Shown here piece by piece: positions 46,416-56,347 of a stretch of DNA of 64,000 bases; the stretch's first letter is position 1; each line of letters starts with the position of its first letter. Source of the DNA: a virus; IMG/VR virus record IMGVR_UViG_3300044641_003209, positions 2,457 through 66,456 of that record; one strand, given 5' to 3'. The translations under genes and the position numbers were made by a program. The notes below the pieces were generated by a model, which did no database searches, was not told the DNA's origin, and saw nothing but the letters and a program-made list of their open reading frames with translations.

Positions 46416-46482
46416 TCTTTCAGAGGCAAGTGATTCTCATGCACTTAGTATGCACACAATCGACAGGCTTTTCAATGACTGA
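46267..46482 (+). CDS. Small hypothetical protein overlapping the VRR-NUC 3' end
   Basis: GAGGGTG-ATG start; its stop overlaps ATG 46475 of the next gene. Confidence 0.45.
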   Translation: MYVNPRGSRSGWLSLAKKDNVIVAGVDSKGHLILSKNEKESMTHICSLIDLSEASDSHALSMHTIDRLFND

Positions 46483-46741
46483 AAGAGATCACGTCGTATC
46501 CGTACTGTGCGGATTTAGTATGGATAAGCTCCTCAATACCGTCGATCTGATAGAAGCTGTTGTAGGGCAGTCAGGATTGCGGCATGGCGATAAGCTGGCA
46601 TTGCAATTTTGCCGACAACATCGGCTTCCTAAAATGAACGTAATGGAATTGATATCATGTCTCGGAGCAGCAGCTAATCGAAAGATGTTGCTCATGGACC
46701 CTAATGACGGCAATCAAGAAAAACCATCAATCATTCACTAA
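46475..46741 (+). CDS. Hypothetical protein
   Basis: Start MTERDH. Confidence 0.5.
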   Translation: MTERDHVVSVLCGFSMDKLLNTVDLIEAVVGQSGLRHGDKLALQFCRQHRLPKMNVMELISCLGAAANRKMLLMDPNDGNQEKPSIIH

Positions 46742-46755
46742 GAAAGGAGACTGCT

Positions 46756-47049
46756 ATGGAAACAATAATCTTCCTAGTAAGTTTCGGCACTGTAGTCAAT
46801 GCAGTTTTGACGACATACGCTATCTATCAAATTGATTCTTTACGGCAGAATCAAGATAGCGCGTTGACATGGGCGTTAAATGAGGTCCGCGCAATCCAAG
46901 AAGGCATTCGATTGCTCCGAGGATATGCACGTCCATGCGAATACAAGGCTGCCAATCCAAAGCTCGAAGATCCCATTACAATTGAAGCTCCAAAACAAAA
47001 GGTCAGCAAACCACGTTCAGTAAACTACAACCGGAGAGTAAAGTCATGA
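46756..47049 (+). CDS. Membrane-anchored hypothetical protein
   Basis: AAGGAG RBS; N-terminal TM. Confidence 0.65.
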   Translation: METIIFLVSFGTVVNAVLTTYAIYQIDSLRQNQDSALTWALNEVRAIQEGIRLLRGYARPCEYKAANPKLEDPITIEAPKQKVSKPRSVNYNRRVKS

Positions 47050-47273
47050 ATGAAGAAAACCTGATTCAGTTGCCAGATGGCGTGCAAGTTGAAAGCACTG
47101 AGCCTGCAACAGATGAGAACGGTTTAGACCGAGTGCTCGAAGTCAATCTGACATTCAAGCAGGAAGGTATCAAAATCGACGTACGCAGTAACCTGACGGC
47201 ACTAGAGCAATTGGGTGCCATTGAGATCTTCAAGGCCCACCTGCTTGCTAGTGCACTCGGAGACAAGAAGTAA
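47046..47273 (+). CDS. Hypothetical protein
   Basis: 75 aa; coupled. Confidence 0.65.
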   Translation: MNEENLIQLPDGVQVESTEPATDENGLDRVLEVNLTFKQEGIKIDVRSNLTALEQLGAIEIFKAHLLASALGDKK

Positions 47274-47950
47274 TGCAGATTGCCGTGTCATACGATGATA
47301 GTCCTGGAACCGCGCTGGCTGAGGCTCTTAGGCTTTACCGCGTTGGCAAGGAGTGCGCTACGGCTGTAGAGCTTGGCGTAACTCAAAGGCAACTGTGCGT
47401 CATGACAGGGCTTAGCATTGCTGCCTTGCAAGAGTGTATGAAAGTCGCTTCGACTTATGACAGTGACGATCGTTTTATCAAGGCATTTCAAGATCATGAT
47501 CTACCGGCAGGAGCGCCATACAGAACGTGGGGGTCGTTTCTTATCTCGATTGGTGTGAATACTATCAGCCAACGAGAAGCTAACGATGTACTGGCGTATG
47601 TGAAAGCTGCCGTCAAGCGCGTCGCGATGATAGCGCAAGGCTCTGCCGATCCAGCAATAGCTCACGCTACGTTGGGTCATCTTCGATCGTGGCTTATGGG
47701 CAGGATCCCCCCGACTGCCTGGGCTACGATTGACCGCAACTTCTTTGTTTATCAACGATGCAGCTATTGTTCTCAGGATGCCGAAGAGCCTGAGCTTGTA
47801 GAGCATCAAGGTTTGTTGCTCACCAAATGCAATCAGTGTAAAGCCGAGGGCGTGACACCGAGTTCTGTAGATTGGCGAGTAGTGGCAGAAAGCTATGCAG
47901 CATACGCACATGAATGTAACCACGCCGCAGAGATCTACCGCTCCGCGTAG
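47273..47950 (+). CDS. Hypothetical protein with HTH-like N-terminus and CxxC..CxxC
   Basis: VTQRQLCVMTGLS; CSYC..CNQC. Confidence 0.6.
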   Translation: MQIAVSYDDSPGTALAEALRLYRVGKECATAVELGVTQRQLCVMTGLSIAALQECMKVASTYDSDDRFIKAFQDHDLPAGAPYRTWGSFLISIGVNTISQREANDVLAYVKAAVKRVAMIAQGSADPAIAHATLGHLRSWLMGRIPPTAWATIDRNFFVYQRCSYCSQDAEEPELVEHQGLLLTKCNQCKAEGVTPSSVDWRVVAESYAAYAHECNHAAEIYRSA

Positions 47951-48752
47951 CCTGACTGTACCAAAGTCGATAGCACAGCTATTGATTGCGGGGTCAGTGA
48001 TCCTCGAAAGGCGTCGGATGGTCAAGCATACGATAAGCGACACTATAATGGTTGCGACAAAAACCGTTATGGAGCTATCGCGTGACCAAGTGCGCCTACT
48101 CTCTCGGTTCTATGTCAATACCGACGAGGAGAACCGTGTGCTGCGGGTTAGCTATGACGCGAAGCAGTTTGTTGACAGCACAGCAAAACGCCTAGACGTC
48201 ACCAAAGCCGCCTTGCTGTATGCAATCATGACAATCTTTGTACGTGCTGCGTTGGCATCGTACTGGAAAACACAGAAGAAAAGCTACTACGACTTGATCT
48301 CGGATTTGCCAGAGTTCAGCATCAAAGGAAATCGAAGCATGTTGGATGTACCAAGAGCCAAGATGCCTCGAATGAAAACCAGACCACTTTCAAGAAAGCA
48401 GGATCAAACAGCTATGCGACATTACAATTACATGCAGGAGTTCAAATCCTACATGGATACTTTGGGCGGAATAGATCAGTGGTTGAACAAGAATGTTGCC
48501 GTTGACATCTATGCACATCCATTGGAAGGTAACGTAAATAGGTCTGTCCAAGGTGACAAACCTAAGAACGAGAACGCCTATGCGACACATACTGTGCGTA
48601 TGTGGAAGCGTGGCCGAGGCTACAACGTAACAATTCTCGACGTAAAGAGCCAGCCTGACTCTGGAGCTCCAGAGCTCGAAGTAGGTAGCGTCTTTCGTCT
48701 CTACGACATCTATCGGAACATCGACTGGACAACAATTCAACAAGCAGTTTAA
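47895..48752 (+). CDS. Hypothetical protein
   Basis: Long ORF; true start probably near 48000. Confidence 0.55.
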   Translation: MQHTHMNVTTPQRSTAPRSLTVPKSIAQLLIAGSVILERRRMVKHTISDTIMVATKTVMELSRDQVRLLSRFYVNTDEENRVLRVSYDAKQFVDSTAKRLDVTKAALLYAIMTIFVRAALASYWKTQKKSYYDLISDLPEFSIKGNRSMLDVPRAKMPRMKTRPLSRKQDQTAMRHYNYMQEFKSYMDTLGGIDQWLNKNVAVDIYAHPLEGNVNRSVQGDKPKNENAYATHTVRMWKRGRGYNVTILDVKSQPDSGAPELEVGSVFRLYDIYRNIDWTTIQQAV

Positions 48753-48764
48753 CAAGGAACGACA

Positions 48765-49145
48765 ATGGTTTTCACCTTCACAGGTAGGGTAACTTACATT
48801 TCTGGCGTCGAACAATTCGGGGCTGGCAAGGAAAGCAAGCGGATTATCGTCGAGCAAGGCGATCGCTACCCTAATTTTTTCCCAGTGACATTCTACGGCG
48901 ACAAGATGCGCTGGTTGGATAACATTGCTGTGGGCGATATGGTTACTGTAGACACCTTCCCGGGCGGACGGCTTAAGAAGGGCGACGAGACGCAGGCGTT
49001 TGCCTATTTCAACGGTAATGGTTGCGCTAAGATGAACACCGGAGAAGGTGCTCCAAGCACCAAATCTGAGCCATCTGCACCCCAGCCTACGGCTACGGCA
49101 AAAGCCGAACCTCGTCAGTTCTTTGAAGATGACGTTCCATTCTGA
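48765..49145 (+). CDS. Single-stranded DNA-binding protein (DUF3127-like)
   Basis: OB-fold-like (DRYPN..FYGDK..VGDMVTV..GR) with acidic tail EDDVPF. Confidence 0.8.
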   Translation: MVFTFTGRVTYISGVEQFGAGKESKRIIVEQGDRYPNFFPVTFYGDKMRWLDNIAVGDMVTVDTFPGGRLKKGDETQAFAYFNGNGCAKMNTGEGAPSTKSEPSAPQPTATAKAEPRQFFEDDVPF

Positions 49146-49173
49146 GCAAAGCCTGACAGATAAGCGCAAACGA

Positions 49174-49204
49174 GAGGGTAACTTCGCAAGAGTTATCCTC
49201 TTTT
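49174..49204 (+). terminator. Intrinsic terminator
   Basis: GAGGGTAACT-N7-AGTTATCCTC-TTTT. Confidence 0.65.
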
Positions 49205-49210
49205 GCGTAA

Positions 49211-49420
49211 ATGAACAAGAACTGGCTACATAGACCTAGGGCAACTGTCCGTATTATGCCAGGCAAAACGTCGCCTATTGGCAAGACGAGCACAGGCCGG
49301 GTAGGTTTGATATCAAAACGTTATGAAGGAAGTAACGTAAACATTGGCGAAATTTGGCTGGTGGATGTGGTATATGAAACGCCAAACTACTTTATCATGA
49401 TACCAATAGAACGGTGCTAA
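49211..49420 (+). CDS. Small hypothetical protein
   Basis: 69 aa; abuts the next gene. Confidence 0.5.
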   Translation: MNKNWLHRPRATVRIMPGKTSPIGKTSTGRVGLISKRYEGSNVNIGEIWLVDVVYETPNYFIMIPIERC

Positions 49421-50890
49421 ATGCCTCCTAAGCGACCCAGAGTAGTACCGTCGCAAACCAATCTATCGGTCCAAGATGTACGAGATTACTCCACGCCTGA
49501 TGGTGCATCCATGGCGAACGAGGAGATGCGTCGTCTAAAGATGGGGTTGCAGGCGATTCAAGAGGCGCAAGCCCAAGCCGTAGTGAACCAGCAGGCAGCA
49601 ATAGCTCCAGCTCCAACGCCAAGTACGCCAGGCGAAACTGCAAAGCCAGAAATGGTCAAGTATTCCTGGTTCGTCAAAGCTGAGAACTACGCCGCTGCCG
49701 AGGTCAAGAATGGGGAGACAGTTGTATTCCGTGGTATTAGGGGTGTAACGGTATCTAATGTAAACAAGACGGTGACGATTGCGATTCCACCGGTTGTCTG
49801 GTTGCTGCGTGGGGATTCTATATCTAATACCCAAGGATCGCATTCAGTCCAATACGGTGGCGTTGTAAATGTGCGCGGCATCAATGGCGTCACCACAACG
49901 GTGTCTCCAGGAACTAACGTAGGCACTCTGACAATAGACCGCCCGCTGACAATCCAACAGCGATCTGTTAGTATTGGTGGCCCAGATACAGTAACCATAG
50001 ACTTTTACAATCACCAAAACCACATCAACAAACACCAGCACGAGCAAATTTATTTCCATGTAGATGACATGGGTAATGGAAAGCGGCGTGTTACGGGGTG
50101 GACTAAAACAGGCGGCGGTAGTAGTTCTCTTGAAGGTGCATTGTCTACAGTCTGGATAAAGGACGCAACAACCGATCCAGCATTGAGTGTAGGGTACAAT
50201 ATCCTTACGGGTCAATATATCAATCAGTTGTTTGTTGGCCCGTGGGGGTGGCAAAGCGCATCTGGTGTTACGACTCCGTACGCTGGAAGCAACTATAGCA
50301 ACAACGCTATTGACACGCAGTGGGATTGGGGGGTATCAGAGCGATTTAGTGTGCAGAGTGCTTATACACGCTTCGGTGCAGTAAATGAAGATGGATTGTA
50401 CCTCATAAGCGGCACGACGCAAGGCATTCGTTACCTGACAAGTGCGATCTATACAAGCATTGGGGTGCCGTTCATCAACATACGACTGCATTACTACCTA
50501 GCAGTGAGGCGATTAGAGGGTGAAACATACGTAACTCGCATTTACAAAACCCTCGATGTCTGCCCTTTAGATATATGGAATTTCAACACTAGTGGCAATG
50601 TAGAGGACATCTATGGCTTTGTAATACAAATGAGTACGCTTCCTTGGTCTCTACAGGGTACGGCGCAAATATGGCTAAATGCCGGGGATGAAGTTTCTCA
50701 TCTCATTAGCTACAACTTCGGTAACAATGGTGAAACGCGGATACTGTTTCAAGTTACATATCACGCATTTGAAGCAATCAAGATAGCCGATTCAACTACG
50801 CTAGATCCAGCTACGCAAGTCACTTTGCAGCCAGTCAACTACCTCGAAGGTCCAGCCAACTATCATCCAATGCAATTTACGAACGTATAA
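49421..50890 (+). CDS. Putative tail fibre/structural protein
   Basis: 489 aa; repeated V.F.G..GVTV..TVTI beta units and a C1q/TNF-like C-terminal region (GLYLI..WLNAGDEV). Confidence 0.55.
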   Translation: MPPKRPRVVPSQTNLSVQDVRDYSTPDGASMANEEMRRLKMGLQAIQEAQAQAVVNQQAAIAPAPTPSTPGETAKPEMVKYSWFVKAENYAAAEVKNGETVVFRGIRGVTVSNVNKTVTIAIPPVVWLLRGDSISNTQGSHSVQYGGVVNVRGINGVTTTVSPGTNVGTLTIDRPLTIQQRSVSIGGPDTVTIDFYNHQNHINKHQHEQIYFHVDDMGNGKRRVTGWTKTGGGSSSLEGALSTVWIKDATTDPALSVGYNILTGQYINQLFVGPWGWQSASGVTTPYAGSNYSNNAIDTQWDWGVSERFSVQSAYTRFGAVNEDGLYLISGTTQGIRYLTSAIYTSIGVPFINIRLHYYLAVRRLEGETYVTRIYKTLDVCPLDIWNFNTSGNVEDIYGFVIQMSTLPWSLQGTAQIWLNAGDEVSHLISYNFGNNGETRILFQVTYHAFEAIKIADSTTLDPATQVTLQPVNYLEGPANYHPMQFTNV

Positions 50891-50893
50891 GCC

Positions 50894-51292
50894 ATGGCAA
50901 TTCACGCACACTCAGGTCGCATAACGACTGCCAACACCAGTCTAACGACGTTTACAACAGCCGATGCTGACTACACAGCTCTTGTGACTGGTTCTAACCA
51001 AGGAACGGTAATTGATGAAATAACCGTCAACTCATCGCTGAATGACACCCAAGCCGGTACATTACGATTCTTTATCTACGACACAACGGAAACACCTGTG
51101 GCGACATTGCATAGCCAATATGCAATCCCAGCTACAACACGCACTCCTAATACAGGGCAGCCTACATACTCTTTGGTATTACAGCCGCTGAATCTCAAGC
51201 TGCACCACAATCAAGTTCTTCGAGCGACTTTCGCGACGTCCTCCGTAACGGCGATAGCATTTCACCTAACAGCATCGGTAACAAACCTATGA
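50894..51292 (+). CDS. Putative virion structural protein
   Basis: 132 aa; Thr-rich beta protein (GRITTAN..G..IDEI..LRFFI). Confidence 0.55.
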   Translation: MAIHAHSGRITTANTSLTTFTTADADYTALVTGSNQGTVIDEITVNSSLNDTQAGTLRFFIYDTTETPVATLHSQYAIPATTRTPNTGQPTYSLVLQPLNLKLHHNQVLRATFATSSVTAIAFHLTASVTNL

Positions 51293-52395
51293 CCAGACGG
51301 CGTATAAGCGATGAAGAGTGGGAAATAATCTATAGTGAACGCCAAGCTAGGTTGCAAGAAGGCAGGAAGCTCGGAGGTCAGGTACGTGGATCACAGATTA
51401 AGAATGCGCACGCTATGGCTGCGGAGGGTAAACCGGAGAAGAAGCGCCGCATAGCAAAGAAACCACGTACGACAGTTCCACCTAGATCCAAAGAAGCTCA
51501 GTCAAAAGGTGGAAAGAATCTCTCCAAGAAGCTGCACGAAATTGCACAGACGTACGATGCGATTGTAAGGCCAGAGGCTGACTATGGTTTTGTACCTGGA
51601 ATATCTGATACTGGCTTGCACTCAGGCGACCTGCGCAATGATGTAGTGTACGAACTTCCATACGGCAAGATTGGGGTTCTCTCCGACGCCCATTGGCCCT
51701 TCCATGACTTGCAACGTACAGCAGATGGGCAGTTCCATGGATCGTACATAACGGCTCTGAGCTTCCTGAAGGATGCAGGTATCGACTCTCTTGTGCTCAA
51801 TGGTGATATGATGGATCTCTTCCATCTATCGGCACATGAGAAGATCGAAGCTAAGCGTAACTGGAAGTGGGAGCTTGATGTATCGAAGGCAATGCTCAAG
51901 CACCTTCGAGAGTTCTTCGGCGATAAGGTTCGCATCGTCTACCGTGAGGGCAATCACGAAGAGCGCTTCAAGCGGTACCTTGCAAAGAAGGCTGAGGTAT
52001 TACAGGATACAATCTACCTGCAAGAGTTCCTTGGCCTACGTGATTTGAATATAGACTGGGTAGAAGATAGAGCGAAGATGACGGCAGGTAAGCTCTACAT
52101 CGACCATGGCCACGAATACTATGGCGGTGGCGCTGTAAATCCTTCGCGCAGCTACTTCCTGAAGGCATACGATAGCATTCTCATTGGCCACGTTCACAAG
52201 AAGTCTGACACGATTGTGCGTCGTCCATTGGATGGCAGTTACTTCCAGGCTTCAACCGTTGGATGCTTATGTGATCTGAATCCACGCTATGCGCCACGTA
52301 ATCAATGGACACATGGTTTTGCTATCATTGAGGTAGGCAAGGACCGTGAGTTTACCTTGCACAACAAAATGATTGTTAATGGCAAGGTTATATGA
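51289..52395 (+). CDS. Calcineurin-like metallophosphoesterase
   Basis: SDAHWP, NGDMMD, GNHEER, HGH, GHVH. Confidence 0.88.
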   Translation: MTRRRISDEEWEIIYSERQARLQEGRKLGGQVRGSQIKNAHAMAAEGKPEKKRRIAKKPRTTVPPRSKEAQSKGGKNLSKKLHEIAQTYDAIVRPEADYGFVPGISDTGLHSGDLRNDVVYELPYGKIGVLSDAHWPFHDLQRTADGQFHGSYITALSFLKDAGIDSLVLNGDMMDLFHLSAHEKIEAKRNWKWELDVSKAMLKHLREFFGDKVRIVYREGNHEERFKRYLAKKAEVLQDTIYLQEFLGLRDLNIDWVEDRAKMTAGKLYIDHGHEYYGGGAVNPSRSYFLKAYDSILIGHVHKKSDTIVRRPLDGSYFQASTVGCLCDLNPRYAPRNQWTHGFAIIEVGKDREFTLHNKMIVNGKVI

Positions 52396-52739
52396 AGCCA
52401 GTAGCAACATCCATGCAGATACCGACGTCCTTCAAGCTAGGGGCGCATACATGGCGTGTCCGAATTTCAGACACACTAGGTGTAAGTCAAAATTTGTATG
52501 GCCTGTGCGATTACGAAGCAAACCTGATTCGCATAGCTAGAAACGTCAATGGTAAGGCGTTGTCGCAGCAGTCTATGTTCCAGACATTTCTGCATGAGTT
52601 TATCCATGCAGCCTTGCACATTCTAGGCAAGAATGACGACGAAGAGTTCGTAGCTGGGATGGAGCAGATGTGGTTTCAGCTATACAAGACAGCCAAGTAT
52701 GGCAAGTCTAACGCCCCTGCCCACGGTAAGGCTTCGTAG
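52392..52739 (+). CDS. HExxH metallopeptidase-like protein
   Basis: YGLCD..I.I..TFLHEFIHA..EEFV. Confidence 0.7.
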   Translation: MKPVATSMQIPTSFKLGAHTWRVRISDTLGVSQNLYGLCDYEANLIRIARNVNGKALSQQSMFQTFLHEFIHAALHILGKNDDEEFVAGMEQMWFQLYKTAKYGKSNAPAHGKAS

Positions 52740-52860
52740 CTTTATTCGCTGACGAAGCCGAATGCTTGGTGCGCTGTGATGCACCCTGACGAGTTTTCTT
52801 AGGCTTACCTGCGGAATGCTGAGGAGTAGATCCAAGTCCTGATTTCTTTGGCTTGCTCAT
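52708..52860 (-). CDS. Small basic protein ending YRGQGR (50 aa, not in ORF track)
   Basis: MSKPKK..KKTRQGASQRTKHSA..KPYRGQGR; TAATG-coupled. Confidence 0.65.
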   Translation of the reverse strand: MSKPKKSGLGSTPQHSAGKPKKTRQGASQRTKHSASSANKATKPYRGQGR

Positions 52861-53342
52861 TATGGCTGAAACATGTACGGTGGAAGCAATTCACGCAACC
52901 ATTCTAATTGGTTGTATGTATCTCCATTCACGTCGTTAATCGGCCATCCACCTACACTTGGTCGCTGTAGTGGTTGGGCTCCAGGAAGCGGCATTAAATT
53001 AACGCCAACCTGTCTACCTGGCACACCTGGTGCTACCTCTGGATTTACACCCATCTGCGCTGCGCGACTACGCATGATGGCATCCATAATTTGCTGGCCA
53101 TATTTTGTAGGCGGAACGAAATTTTTATCTTGTATCGGCATTCCACTAGGACTAATGCGATTCTCCAACAGTTCACGTTCACGCAAAATCTGGCGCTCCA
53201 TAGCTTGATCAGCAAGAGACTGCTTGTACATATTATCAGTAGCAGTTGCTATTGCCTGGGCGTAGATGTTCGAGCGCTGCTTCTGTTGTTCATTCGCTTC
53301 TTGCATCCCCATCAAAGATGGGTTCTGGATGTATTGCGGCAC
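52860..53342 (-). CDS. Hypothetical (possibly virion-internal) protein
   Basis: 160 aa; Q/P/M-rich. Confidence 0.6.
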   Translation of the reverse strand: MPQYIQNPSLMGMQEANEQQKQRSNIYAQAIATATDNMYKQSLADQAMERQILRERELLENRISPSGMPIQDKNFVPPTKYGQQIMDAIMRSRAAQMGVNPEVAPGVPGRQVGVNLMPLPGAQPLQRPSVGGWPINDVNGDTYNQLEWLRELLPPYMFQP

Positions 53343-53355
53343 GCCTTATTCCTTC

Positions 53356-54237
53356 TTATGGTATTCCAAGCATTTTCTTGAGCTCCGCCAATGTTCCAGG
53401 ATCTTTAGCGAGACCCATCATTAGTTGGCGCCTGGCCGTCTCATCCTCATACGGCTTGTTTATTTGCTGTGTTCCAAGCTGACCACCCATTGCTTTGAGT
53501 AGCGCCATTGGATCTTCGGCAGCAGCCATACCTTGTTGAGTTTGCTGATAACCGCCGACTTGACCGAGGCTCGTTCCGCCAAACTTCTGTAGTGCGTATG
53601 GTTGGAAGTTAGCTAGTTGTTGAGCTAAATCTGCATTTCGTGTCTGTTCAGAAGCGGCGAATGCTTGGCCAGCCTGCGCTAATCCAGCTTGCTGTGCCTG
53701 TGCTCCTTGTTGTGCAAGAGAGTTTAGCGTCTGAGTATTTGACTGACCAAGATTAGATGCAATACCAGCAAGGGCGGCAGGACTTGACCCACCGGCGGCG
53801 GCTTGCTGCATAAGATCCCGACGTTGGTTGCCGAGGTTCATCATGGCGGCTGACCGGGCTAGGTCTGTAGTCTGCTGCGCGCCACCAAGTGCCATCGAGC
53901 CGAGTGCCTGCTGTTGCTGTGCGGCACGAAGTCCTTCGGCTGTAGACTGACCGATAAATTTGCGGGCAGCCTGAGCTGACTCACGGTTTGCAGCAGGACC
54001 TTCTGCTCCAGTAGCTGTAAAACTGGCAAGTTGCTGTATCTTGGCAGCATCTTCCATGGCCTTTTGCGGCGAACCAGCTCCACCTCCACCATCCGTGATC
54101 CCAAATCCTTGACCTAATGCTTGCAGAACTCCGGTGCCAAGGCCAAGCCAAGGTGCGGCACCAGTTCCTAATGCTTGCCCAGCGATAGGAAGAGCTGCCC
54201 CAAGTGTGTTGGTTATTAAGTCCCAGCTAAATGCCAT
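53356..54237 (-). CDS. DNA pilot/ejection-like protein
   Basis: 293 aa; Gly/Ala hydrophobic N-terminus and Ala/Gln-rich helical body. Confidence 0.6.
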   Translation of the reverse strand: MAFSWDLITNTLGAALPIAGQALGTGAAPWLGLGTGVLQALGQGFGITDGGGGAGSPQKAMEDAAKIQQLASFTATGAEGPAANRESAQAARKFIGQSTAEGLRAAQQQQALGSMALGGAQQTTDLARSAAMMNLGNQRRDLMQQAAAGGSSPAALAGIASNLGQSNTQTLNSLAQQGAQAQQAGLAQAGQAFAASEQTRNADLAQQLANFQPYALQKFGGTSLGQVGGYQQTQQGMAAAEDPMALLKAMGGQLGTQQINKPYEDETARRQLMMGLAKDPGTLAELKKMLGIP

Positions 54238-54271
54238 GATGCTACCATTGATATTTGTTGTAAATTAGAGC

Positions 54272-54658
54272 ATGAGGAAAGCAAAACCTAAAAGTATTAG
54301 CGACGATGACATCGACGAAATACGGTTGTCGTCCTCTGCGGTTCGCTCTACTGACAACCAAATTGTCCTTGCTGTCAATAGAATTATCGACGGACTGGAC
54401 ATTGATCTGGACTCGCTGCAAAAAGGTGCGAGCGCTGGAATGATCCTTTCAATTGAACGTCTGACTGATATCATTGGCAACGTAGCCGATGATGATATCC
54501 GTATCAAGGCAATCAATTCCCTGACGTCAATAGCAAACCACATCATTAGGCGGCGCGAACTAGCACTGGAAGAAGGCGGTTCGATTACCGTAAATGTATC
54601 AGCTACTCATGTTCCACCATCCCTGTCTGATAAGAGCGTCAACCAGTTAGATGGCTAA
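54272..54658 (+). CDS. Putative terminase small subunit
   Basis: 128-aa helical protein overlapping the start of terL. Confidence 0.55.
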   Translation: MRKAKPKSISDDDIDEIRLSSSAVRSTDNQIVLAVNRIIDGLDIDLDSLQKGASAGMILSIERLTDIIGNVADDDIRIKAINSLTSIANHIIRRRELALEEGGSITVNVSATHVPPSLSDKSVNQLDG

Positions 54659-56090
54659 AACGCAGCAGATAAATATATCCGACATCATCAAGTTCTCGGA
54701 TAAGCAGCAGGAAGTCTTTAACCACATCGGTCGCAAGTCGTATATCGTCGCCGGTGGTGCTCGTGGTGGTGGAAAAACATATCTAGTCGTAGCAATAGCG
54801 GTGCTCTGCGCCGTTCTATTCCCAGGCTTGCGTATCATGATTATACGTAAGTCGCTGGACGAACTCCGACAGCAGATCATTGAAAATGAACTACTCAAGA
54901 AATACTACCCAGGAACGCTATTCAACTGGCGTGAGACTAAAAAGACAGCTTATTTCCCGAATGGAAGCAAGATCTACTTCCGTTCTATCGAGGAAGATGC
55001 GGATGTCAGTAAGCTCCAGGGTGTTGAAATCGGTCTACTCATTCTGGATGAAGGCAATCAGCTCTCTGAAAATGCTATTCGTAGGCTCCTAGGATCGTTG
55101 CGCGACTTCGGTAATACCGGTTTCAAGCCGACGATGATCATGACCTGTAACCCTGGCGGTATGTCTGACGGATATGTCAAGCGTTACTGGGCTATGCCTG
55201 ACTACAACAAGTGGGCGCCAAAGGAACTCCTGAAAAAAGACGAGTACGCTTACGTACCGTTCGGCGTTTACGATAACCCGCACGCGACCCAGGATTACAT
55301 AGATTACCTAGAAACTCTCCCTGACGATCTGCGTGCCCAGTGGCTTTTAGGATCATGGGACGTCATGAGCGGCGCATTCTTTGGCGAATGGGACCCGCGT
55401 GTACATATTGTCCTAGAACCATTCGAGATACCGCAGGACTGGGTGCGATGGCGCTCGGTTGACTTGGGCTACGGCGTTCACCCGTCCGTATGCCTATTTG
55501 CCGCACAGGACCCTAAGAATGGAACTGTCTATGTCTATGACGAAGTATCTACAAAAGATACCACAGATATCTTCATCGACATGATTGTCAATGCCAGCGG
55601 GGATGCGGAGTTCGCGGCTACATACTTTGACCCTAACTCGATGAAAAGTCGGCGCGGTGAGACTGCCGACGCCCTCTCGCCAGCTACGATGTTCGAGCAG
55701 CAAGGAATATATGTGCAGCCAGCTATCAATGAACGGGTAAACGGCTGGATAAACATCAAGACATACATGTCTAATAATCCGCCCTCTAGACCTACGAAGC
55801 TGAAGATATTCGCGCACTGCATGGGTCTGATTGAAACTATCCCACTGCAACGCTACGCCAATAACAAGCCCGACCTCAACACCCGTGGTCAGGATGACTA
55901 TGTAGATGCACTGCGCTATTTGCTAAGCCATATTCCGTATGGGTCCACAATCAATTACGACGGTACGATAAATACCGACGAAAAAGAATTAGGGACTGAG
56001 CGTAGCAGATATGCAAATTTGCCTAGTACCGGCGATACTATGTATGTCGAGTACGAAGATTTGGTTGTTTCACGCTATGCGATTTACTGA
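54651..56090 (+). CDS. terL: Terminase large subunit
   Basis: Walker A GGARGGGKT, Walker B LILDEG, TCNPGG, DNPH, SVDLGY, DDYVDALRY. Confidence 0.95.
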   Translation: MAKTQQINISDIIKFSDKQQEVFNHIGRKSYIVAGGARGGGKTYLVVAIAVLCAVLFPGLRIMIIRKSLDELRQQIIENELLKKYYPGTLFNWRETKKTAYFPNGSKIYFRSIEEDADVSKLQGVEIGLLILDEGNQLSENAIRRLLGSLRDFGNTGFKPTMIMTCNPGGMSDGYVKRYWAMPDYNKWAPKELLKKDEYAYVPFGVYDNPHATQDYIDYLETLPDDLRAQWLLGSWDVMSGAFFGEWDPRVHIVLEPFEIPQDWVRWRSVDLGYGVHPSVCLFAAQDPKNGTVYVYDEVSTKDTTDIFIDMIVNASGDAEFAATYFDPNSMKSRRGETADALSPATMFEQQGIYVQPAINERVNGWINIKTYMSNNPPSRPTKLKIFAHCMGLIETIPLQRYANNKPDLNTRGQDDYVDALRYLLSHIPYGSTINYDGTINTDEKELGTERSRYANLPSTGDTMYVEYEDLVVSRYAIY

Positions 56091-56091
56091 T

Positions 56092-56346
56092 ATGGACAAG
56101 CCATCACTCGGAAAAGACTTCCTTAAGATTACCTATAAGATCAAGCCTAAGGGCATGGCATCTGAAAAGGAAAAAGAGCCAGAAGCAGAGTCCGAATCCG
56201 AATCGTCACCAAGCGACATGCTCCGCCAAGCGGCAGATATGATTGAAGAAGGTAACATCCAAGAGGCATACGACGTAATCGACGAAGCCGTAGCTATGTG
56301 TCAAGACATGCACGGTGAAGGCGAGGACGAAGGCGAAGATTATTGA
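56092..56346 (+). CDS. Small acidic protein
   Basis: 84 aa, Glu-rich; between terL and portal. Confidence 0.6.
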   Translation: MDKPSLGKDFLKITYKIKPKGMASEKEKEPEAESESESSPSDMLRQAADMIEEGNIQEAYDVIDEAVAMCQDMHGEGEDEGEDY

Positions 56347-56347
56347 T

